Shown one piece after another: positions 54,701 through 64,000 of a DNA stretch of 64,000 nucleotides; positions within the stretch are counted from its first letter, which is position 1, and each line of letters begins with the position of its first letter. Position numbers and translations under genes: made by a program. The stretch is from the human T2T-CHM13v2.0 reference genome, Homo sapiens. The stretch lies in assembly GCF_009914755.1 (NCBI RefSeq), contig NC_060933.1. The stretch is one strand, 5' to 3'. The notes below the pieces were generated by a model that was given only the letters and a program-made list of their open reading frames with translations, did no database searches and was not told where the DNA came from.

Positions 54701-57190
54701 GTTAATTCCATTCCATTCCATTCCATTCCATTCTATTCCATTCCATTGCAATCGAGTTGAGTCCATTTCATTCCATTCCATTCCATTCCGGAAGATTCCA
54801 TTCCATTGCATTCAATTCCATTCCATTCCCCTGCACTCGCGTTGATTCCATTCCATTCCATTCCATTCCGTTCCGTTCCATTCCATTCCATTCCATTCCA
54901 TTCCGTTCCGTTCCGTTCCGTTCCATTTGATTCCATTCTATTCGGGTTAATTCCATTCCATTCCATTCGATTGCAATCGAGGTGATTCCATTCCATTCCA
55001 TTCCATTCCATTCCATTCCATTGCATTCTTTTCCATTCCATTACGGATGATTCCATTCCATTGCATTACCTTCCATTCCATTCCCCTGTACTCGGGTTGA
55101 TTCCATTCCATTCCATTCCATTCCATTCTATTCCATTCCATTCCGGAAGATTCCATTTCATTGCATTCCATTCCATTCCATTCCCCTGCACTCGCGTTGA
55201 TTCCATTCCATTCCATTCCATTCCATTCCATTCCATTCCATTCCGTTCCGTTCCATTCCATTCCATTCCATTCCATTCCATTCCGTTCCGTTCCATTCCA
55301 TTCCATTCCATTCTATTCGGGTTAATTCCATTCCATTCCATTCGATTGCAATCGTGTTGATTCCATTCCATTCCATTCCATTCCATTCCATTCAATTCCA
55401 TTCCATTCCTTTCCATTCCATTACGGATGATTCCATTCCATTGCATTCCATTCCATTCCATTCCCCTGTACTCGGGTTGTTTCCATTCCATTGCATTCCA
55501 ATCCATGCCCTTCCACTCGTGTTGATTCCATTCTTTCCATTCCATTCAAGTTGAATCCATTCCATTGCATTCCATTCAATTCGATTCCATTCGATTGCAC
55601 TCGGGTTGATTCCATTCCATTGCATTCCATTCCATTCCATTCCATTCCATTCCATTCCATTCCGTTCCATTCCATTCCATTACATTCGGATTGATTCTAT
55701 TCAATTCCCTTACACTCCATTACATTCCATTCCATTCGGGTAGTTTCCATTCCATTCCATTCCATTCCTCTCCATTCCATTGCACTCGGGTTGATTCCAT
55801 TCCATTGCATTCCATTCCATTCCATTCAATTCCATTCCGTTCCATTCCATTCCATTCCATTCGGATTGATTCTATTCAACTCCCTTACTCTCCATTACAT
55901 TCCATTTCATTCGGGTTGTTGCATACCATTCCGTTCCATTCCACTCCATTCCATTGCACTCGGGTTTATTCCATTCCATTCCATTCCATTCCATTCCATT
56001 CTATTCCGGAAGATTCCATTCCATTGCATTCCATTCCATTCCATTCCATTCCAATCGAGTTGATTCCATTCCATTGCATTCCATTCCATTCCACTCCATT
56101 CCAGTCCTTTCCATTCCATTACACTCGGGTTGATTCCATTCCATTCCACTCCATTCCGTTCCATTCCATTCCATTCCATTGTATTCGGGTTAATTCCATT
56201 CCATTCCATTCCATTCCATTCCATTCCATTCCATTCCATTCCATTCCATTCCATTACAATCGAGTTGATTCCATTCCATTCCATTCCATTCCATTCCATT
56301 CCATTCCAGTCCTTTCCATTCCATTCCACTCGGGTTGATTCCATTCTATTAGTTTCCATTCCATTCCATTCCCTTCCATTCCACTCTGGTTGATTCCATT
56401 CCTTTCCATTCCACTCGAATACATTCCCTCCTATTCCACTCGGAACGATTCCATTCCATTCCATTCCATTCCATTCCAATCCATTCCATTCCATTCCAGT
56501 TCGTTCCATTCCGTTCTATTCGGAACCATTCCATTCCATTCCATTCCTTTCCATTCCATTCCTTTCCACTCGTGTTGATTCCATTCCTTTCCATTCCATT
56601 CGGTTTGAAGGCATTCCATTCCATTCAATTCCATTCCATTCCATTCCATTCTATTCCATTGCATTGCAATCGAGTTGAATCCATTGCCTTTCATTCCATT
56701 CCATTCCATTCCATTCCATTCCGGAAGATTCCATTCCATTACATTCCATTCCATTCCATTCCCCTGCACTCGCGTTGATTCCATTCCATTCCATTCCATT
56801 CCATTCTATTCGGGTTAATTCCATTCCATTCCATTCCATTCCATTCCATTGCAATCGAGTTGATTCCATTCCATTCCATTCCACTCCATTCCAGTCCTTT
56901 CCATTCCATTCCACTCGGGTTGATTCCAATGTATTCCTTTCCATTCCATTCCATTCCATTGCAATCGAGTTGATTCCATTGCTTTGCATTCCATTCCGTT
57001 CCATTCCATTCCGGATGATTCCATTCCATTGCATTCCATTCCATTCCATTCCCCTGCACTCGGGTTGATTCCATTCCATTCCACTCCATTCCGTTCCATT
57101 CCATTCCATTCCATTGTATTCAGGTTAATTCCATTCCATTCCATTCCATTCCATTCCATTACAATCGAGTTGATTCCATTCCATTCCATT
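42760..57190 (+). repeat. Block A': second copy of block A
   Basis: Differs from A by only a few SNPs (e.g. CA>GT at 43600-43601; GGTACC 39361 vs GGAACC 56522) and whole-pentamer indels. The left breakpoint lies within ~42745-42940 and the right within ~57172-57192. Confidence 0.95.
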
Positions 57191-60100
57191 CCACTCCATT
57201 CCAGTCCTTTCCATTCCATTCCACTCGGGTTGATTCCAATGTATTCCTTTCCATTCCTTTCCATTCCATTGCAGTCGAGTTGATTTCATTGCTTTGCATT
57301 CCATTCCATTCCATTCCGGATGATTCCATTCCATTGCATTGCATTCCATTCCATTCCCCTGCACTCGGGTTGATTCCATTCCATTCCACTCCATTCCGTT
57401 CCATTCCATTCCATTCCATTGTATTCGGGTTATTTCCATTCCATTCCATTCCATTCCATTCTATTCCATTCCATTACAATCGAGTTGATTCCATTCCATT
57501 CCATTCCATTCCATTCCAGTCCTTTCCATTCCATTCCACTCGGGTTGATTCCATTCTATTAGTTACCATTCCATTCCATTCCCTTCCATTCCACTCTGGT
57601 TGCTTCCATTCCTTTCCATTCCACTCGAATACAATCCCTCCTATTCCACTCGGAACGATTCCATTCCATTCCATTCCATTCCATTCCATTCCATTTCGTT
57701 CCATTCCATTCCATTCCGTATCATTCCATTCCATTCCATTCCATTCCATTCCATTCCATTCCATTGTACTCGGGTTGATTCCATTCCATTGCATTCCATT
57801 CCATTCCATTCCATTCCATTCCGTTGCATTCCATTCCATTACATTCGGATTGATTCTATTCAACTCCCTTACTCTCCATTACATTCCATTCCATTCGGGT
57901 TGTTCCATTCTATTCCATTCCATTCCACTCCATTCCATTGCACTCGGGTTGATTCCATTCCATTCCATTCCGGATGATTCCATTCCATTGCATTCCGTTC
58001 CATTTCATTCCCCTGCACTCGCGTTGATTCCATTCCATTCCATTCCATTACATTACATTCCATTCCATTACAATTCGCTCCATTCCATTCTATTCCGTAC
58101 CATTCCATTCCATTCCATACCATTCCATTCCATTCCATTCCGTTCCATTCCGTTCCATTCCATTCCATTCCATTCTATTCGGATTAATTCCATTCCATTC
58201 CATTCCATTCCATTCTATTCCATTCCATTGCAATCGAGTTGAATCCATTGCATTTCATTCCATTCCATTCCATTCCATTCCGGAAGATTCCATTCCATTG
58301 CATTCCATTCCATTCCATTCCCCTGCACTCGCGTTGATTCCATTCCATTCCATTCCATTCCATTCCATTCAATTCCATTCCGTTCCGTTCCATTCCATTC
58401 CATTCCATTCCATTCCATTCCGTTCCGTTCCGTTCCGTTCCATTCCATTCCATTCCATTCTATTCGGGTTAATTCCATTCCATTCCATTCGATTGCAATC
58501 GAGTTGATTCAATTCCATTCCATTCCATTCCATTCCATTCCGTTCCATTCCATTCCTTTCCATTCCATTACGGATGATTCCATTCCATTGCATTCCATTC
58601 CATTCCATTCCCCTGTACTCGGGTTGATTCCATTCCATTCCATTCCAATCCATGCCATTCCACTCGTGTTGATTCCATTCTTTCCATTCCATTCAAGTTG
58701 AATCCATTCCGTTGCATTCCATTCCATTCGATTCCATTCGATTGCACTCGGGTTGATTCCATTCCATTGCATTCCATTCCATTCCATTCCATTCCATTCC
58801 ATTCCATTCCATTCTTTTCCATTCCATTTCATTACATTCAGATTGATTCTATTCAATTCCCTTACACTCCATTATATTCCAATCCATTCTGGTTGTTTCC
58901 ATTCCATTCCATTCCATTTCACTCCATTCCATTTCACTCGGGTTGATTCCATTCTATTCCATTCCATTGCATTCCATTCCATTCCATTCTGGATGATTCC
59001 ATTCCATTGCATTCCTTTCCATTCCATTCCCCTGCACTCGGGTTGATTCCATTCCATTCCTTTCCATTACATTCCGTTCCATTCCATTCCATTCCATTCG
59101 GATTGATTCTATTCAATTCCCTTACACTCCATTACATTCCATTCCATTTGGGTAGTTTCCTTTCCATTCCATTCCATTCCTCTCCATTCCATTGCACTCG
59201 GGTTGATTCCATTGCATTCCATTCCATTCCATTACATTGCATTACATTACATTCCGTTCCATTGTACTCGGGTTGATTCCATTCCATTGCATTCCATTCC
59301 ATTCCATTCCATTCCATTCCATTCCATTCCATTCCGTTCCATTCCATTACATTCGGATTGATTCTATTCAACTCCCTAACTCTCCATTCCATTCCATTCC
59401 ATTCCATTCAATTCCATTCCGTTCCATTCCATTCCATTACATTCGGATTGATTCTATTCAACTCCCTTACTCTCCATTACATTCGATTCCATTCGGGTTG
59501 TTGCATTCCATTCCATTCCATTCCACTCCATTCCATTGCACTCGGGTTGATTCCATTCCATTCCATTCCATTCCGGAATATTCCATTCCATTACATTCCA
59601 TTACATTCCATTCCCCTGCACTCGTGTTGATTCCATTCCATTCCATTCCATTCCATTCCATTCAATTCCATTCCTTTCCGTTCCATTCCATTCCATTCCA
59701 TTCCGTTCCGTTCCATTCCATTCCATTACATTCGGATTGATTCAATTCTATTCCCTTACACTCCATTACATTCCATTCCATTCGGGTAGTTTCCATTCCA
59801 TTCCATTCCATTCTTCTCCTTTCCATTGCACTCGGGTTGATTCCATTCCATTGCATTCCATTCCATTCCATTCAATTCCATTCCGTTCCATTCCATTCCA
59901 TTACATTCGGATTGATTCTATTCAACTCCCTTACTCTCCATTCCATTCCATTCCATTCGGGTTGTTCCATTCCATTCCATTCCATTCCACTCCATTCCAT
60001 TGCACTCGGGTTGATTCCATTCCATTCCATTCCATTCCATTCCATTCCATTCCATTCCGGAAGATTCCATTCCATTGCATTCCATTCCATTCCATTCCCC

Positions 60101-63100
60101 TGCACTCGCGTTGATTCCATTCTATTCCATTCTATTCCATTCCATTCCCTTCCTTTCCGTTCCATTCCATTCCATTCCTTTCCATTCCATTCCATTCCGT
60201 TCCGTTCCTTTCCATTCCATTACGGATGATTCCATTCCATTGCATTCCATTCCATTCCATTCCCCTGCACTCGGGTTGATTCCATTCCATTCCATTCCAT
60301 TACATTCCGTTCCATTCCATTCCATTCCATTCGGATTGATTCTATTCAATTCCCTTACACTCCATTACATTCCATTCCATTCGGGTAGTTTCCATTCCAT
60401 TCCATTCCATTCCTCTCCATTCCATTGCACTCGGGTTGATTCCATTCCATTCCATTCCATTCCATTCCATTACATTACATTACATTACCTTCCATTCCAT
60501 TCCGTTCCATTGTACTCGGGTTGATTCCATTCCATTGCATTCCTTTGCGTTCCATTCGATTACATTCGGATTGATTCTATTCAACTCCCTTACTCTCCAT
60601 TACATTCCATTCCATTCGGGTTGTTCCATTCCATTCCATTCCATTCCACTCCATTCCATTGCACTCGGGTTGATTCCATTCCATTCCATTCCATTCCATT
60701 CCATTCCATTCCATTCCTTTCCATTCCATTACGGATGATTCCATTCCATTGCATTCCATTCCATTCCATTCCTCTGTACTCGGGTTGATTCCATTCCATT
60801 CCATTCCAATCCATGCCATTCCACTCGTGTTGATTCCATTCTTTCCATTCCATTCATGTTGAATCCATTCCGTTGCATTCCATTCCATTGGATTCCATTC
60901 GATTGCACTCGGGTTGGTTCCATTTCATTGCATTCCATTCCATTCCATTCCATTCCATTCCATTCCATTCCGTTCCATTCCATTCCATTACATTCGGATT
61001 GATTCTATTCAATTCCCTTACACTCCATTACATTCCATTCCGTTCGGGTAGTTTCCATTCCATTCCATTCCATTCGTCTCCATTCCATTGCACTTGGGTT
61101 GATTCCATTCCATTGCATTCCATTCCATTCCATTCCATTCTATTCCATTCCATTCCGTTCCTTCCGATCCATTCCATTCTATTCCATTCTATTCGGGTTA
61201 ATTCCATTCCATTCCATTCCATTCCATTCCATTCTATTCCATTCCATTGCAATCGAGTTGAATCCATTGCATTTCATTCCATTCCATTCCATTCCATTCC
61301 ATTCCGGAAGATTCCATTCCATTGCATTCCATTCCATTCCATTCCCCTGCACTCGCGTTGATTCCATTCCATTCCATTCCATTCCATTCCATTCGGTTCC
61401 GTTCCATTCCATTCCATTCCATTCCATTCCGTTCCGTTCCATTCCTTTCCATTCCATTCTATTCGTGTTAATTCCATTCCATTCCATTCGATTGCAATCG
61501 AGTTGATTCCATTCCATTCCATTCCATTCCATTCCATTCCATTCCATTCCATTCCTTTCCATTCCATTACGGATGATTCCATTCCATTGCATTCCATTCC
61601 ATTCCATTCCCCTGTACTCGGGTTGATTCCATTCCATTCCATTCCAATCCTTGCCATTCCACTCGTGTTGATTCCATTCTTTCCATTCCATTCAAGTTGA
61701 ATCCATCCCATTGCATTCCATTCCATTCGATTCCATTCGATTGCACTCGGGTTGATTCCATTCCATTGCATTCCATTCCATTCCATTCCATTCCATTCCA
61801 TTCCATTCCGTTCCATTCCATTTCTTTACATTCAGATTGATTCTATTCAATTCCCTTACACTCCATTATATTCCAATCCATTCTGGTTGTTTCCATTCCA
61901 TTCCATTCCATTTCACTCCATTCCATTGCACTCGGGTTGATTCCATTCCATTCTATTCCATTGCATTCCATTCCGTTCCATTCCGGATGATTCCATTCCA
62001 TTGCATTCCTTTCCATTCCATTCCCCTGCAATCGGGTTGATTCCATTCCATTCCATTACATTACATTCCGTTCCATTCCATTCCATTCCATTCGGATTGA
62101 TTGTATTCAATTCCCTTACACTCCATTTCATTCCATTCTATTCGGGTAGTTTCCATTCCATTCCATTCCATTCCTCTCCATTCCATTGCACTCGGGTTGA
62201 TTCCATTCCATTCCATTCCATTCCATTCCATTCCATTACATTACATTACATTACATTCCTTTCCATTGTACTCGGTTTGATTCCATTCCATTGCATTCCA
62301 TTCCATTCCATTCCATTCCATTCCATTCCATTCCATTCCGTTCCATTCCATTACATTCGGATTGATTCTATTCAACTCCCTAACTCTCCATTACATTCCA
62401 TTCCATTCGGGTTGTTCCATTCCATTCCATTCCATTCCACTCCATTCCATTGCACTCGGGTTGATTCCATTCCATTCCATTCCATTCAATTCCATTCCAT
62501 TCCATTCCGGATGATTCCATTCCATTGCATTCCGTTCCATTACATTCCCCTGCATTCGGGTTGATTCCATTCCATTCCATTCGATTCCATTCCATTCGAA
62601 TTCTTTCCTTTCCATTCTATTCCGTACCATTCCATTCCATTCCATACAATTCCATTCCATTCACTTCCACTCCGTACCGTTCCGTTCCGTTCCGTTCCAT
62701 TCCATTCCATTCCATTCTATTCGGTTTAATTCCATTCCTTTCCATTCCATTCCATTCTATTCCATTCCATTGCACTCGAGTTGCATCCATTGCATTCCAT
62801 TCCATTCCATTCCATTCCATTCCATTCCATTCCATTCCGGAAGATTCCATTCCATTGCATTCCATTCCATTCCATTCCATTCCATTCCATTCCATTGTAC
62901 TCGGGTTGATTCCATTCCATTGCATTCCATTCCATTCCATTCCATTCCATTCCATTCCGTTCCATTCCATTCCATTACATTCGGATTGATTCTTTTCAAC
63001 TCCCTTACTCTCCATTCCATTCCATTCCATTCCATTCCATTCCATTCCGGAAGATTCCATTCCATTGCATTCCATTCCATTCCATTCCATTGTACTCGGG

Positions 63101-64000
63101 TGGATTCCATTCCATTGCATTCCATTCTATTCCTTTCCATTCCATTCCATTCCGTTCCATTCCATTGCATTACATTCGGATTGATTCTTTTCAACTCACT
63201 TACTCTCCATTACATTCCATTCCATTTGGGTTGTTCCATTCCATTCAATTCCCTTCCACTCCATTCCATTTCACTCGGGTTGATTCCATTCCATTCTATT
63301 CCATTGCATTCCGGGTGATTCCATTCCATTGCATTCCGTTCCATTAGATTCCCCTGCACTCGGGTTGATTCCATTCCATTCCATTCCATTCCATTCCATT
63401 CCATTACATTCCCCTGCACTCGCGTTGATTCCATTCCATTCCATTCCATTCCATTCCATTCCATTCCATTCCATTCCATTCCTTTCCATTCCAGTCCTTT
63501 CCATTCCATTCCACTCGGGTTGATTCCATTCTATTAGTTTCCATTCCATTCCATTCCCTTCCATTCCACTCTGGTTGATTCCATTCCTTTCCATTCCACT
63601 CGAATACATTCCCTCCTATTCCACTCGGAACGATTCCATTCCATTCCATTCCATTCAATTCCATTCCATTCCATTCCATTCCATTTCGTTCCATTCCATT
63701 CTATTCCGTATCATTCCATTCCATTCCATTCCATTCCATTCCACTCGTGTTGATTCCATTCCTTTCCATTCCATTCGGTTTGAAGGCATTCCATTCCATT
63801 CCATTCCATTCCTTTCCATTCCATTCCATTCCATTCCATTCTATTTTACTCGGGTTGATTCCATTCCGTTGCATTCCATTCCATTCCATTCCATTCCTTT
63901 CCATTCCGTTGCATTCCATTCCATTACATTCGGATTGATTCTATTCAACTCCCTTACTCTCCATTACATTCCATTCCATTCGGGTTGTTCCATTCCATTC
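57180..64000 (+). repeat. Blocks X' + A'' (partial): copy of 21550-28395 running off the window end; includes a third copy of the start of A from ~61210
   Basis: Offset drifts +35630 > +35615 > +35610 > +35605 relative to X/A, and is +18449 relative to A' (44761..45060 vs 63210..63509). Confidence 0.94.

Larger units (their letters stand above)
1..64000 (+). repeat. Human Satellite 3 (HSat3 / satellite III) array, (CATTC)n C-rich strand on +; probably chr9q12-type (HSat3B5-like)
   Basis: Continuous CATTC pentamers from end to end, interspersed with ACTCGGGTTG/ATTCGGGTT/ATCGAGTTG words (reverse complement CAACCCGAGT, the diagnostic satellite-3 motif). It is not dominated by CATTCGATTC as HSat2 is. 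There is no strand switch and no non-satellite insert. The chromosome and subfamily call is less certain than the family call. Confidence 0.97.

Noticed and set aside
96-63938. Hundreds of ORFs of 60-375 aa (poly-MEWNG on -, poly-HSIPF on +) as protein-coding genes
   Set aside because: They are the arithmetic result of a stop-free 5-bp repeat: they overlap in all six frames, have no domain content or gene structure, and most + strand starts are TTG. Database 'proteins' like these are typical satellite-derived artefacts.
1-64000. CRISPR-like repeat/spacer array (conserved words such as TACATTCGGATTGATTCTATTCAACTCCCTTACTCTCC separated by variable sequence)
   Set aside because: The intervening sequence is itself CATTC repeat rather than unique spacers, spacing is irregular, and there is no leader or cas gene.
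1-64000. HSat2, alpha satellite, telomeric repeat or the Y-chromosome DYZ1 3.6-kb unit
   Set aside because: CATTCGATTC is only sporadic, there is no 171-bp monomer or CENP-B box, no TTAGGG, and no regular 3.6-kb or 1.8-kb periodicity.
1-64000. Inversion breakpoints or inserted mobile elements (Alu/L1/LTR)
   Set aside because: The + strand stays C/T-rich throughout. I saw no GGAAT tract, poly-A tail, target-site duplication or non-satellite stretch.

Overview
The whole 64-kb window is one uninterrupted, single-orientation array of human-type Satellite 3 (HSat3/SatIII): diverged (CATTC)n on the + strand ((GGAAT)n on the - strand), punctuated by the classic A(C/T)TCGGGTTG decamer and its variants. 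A recurring ~160-bp module matches, from my recollection, the chr9q12 SatIII probe pHuR98, so the 9q12 array (HSat3B5-like) is the likely source; this needs an alignment to confirm. I see no genes, RNA genes, transposons or inversions, and all listed ORFs (poly-MEWNG / poly-HSIPF) are by-products of the pentamer. There is hidden structure at several scales. (1) About 50 perfect three-unit heat-shock elements (aTTCcgGAAgaTTCc and variants), roughly one per 1.25 kb. (2) A cryptic ~0.85-kb ordered cycle of variant words. (3) Older diverged duplications at offsets of ~0.9, ~3.9, ~5.2, ~9.75, ~12.7 and ~22.7 kb. (4) A very recent, near-identical X-A-Y-A'-X'-A'' block architecture with 17.16-kb, 18.45-kb and 35.6-kb offsets. 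All counts and offsets were read by eye from the sequence and ORF track, and breakpoints are approximate.
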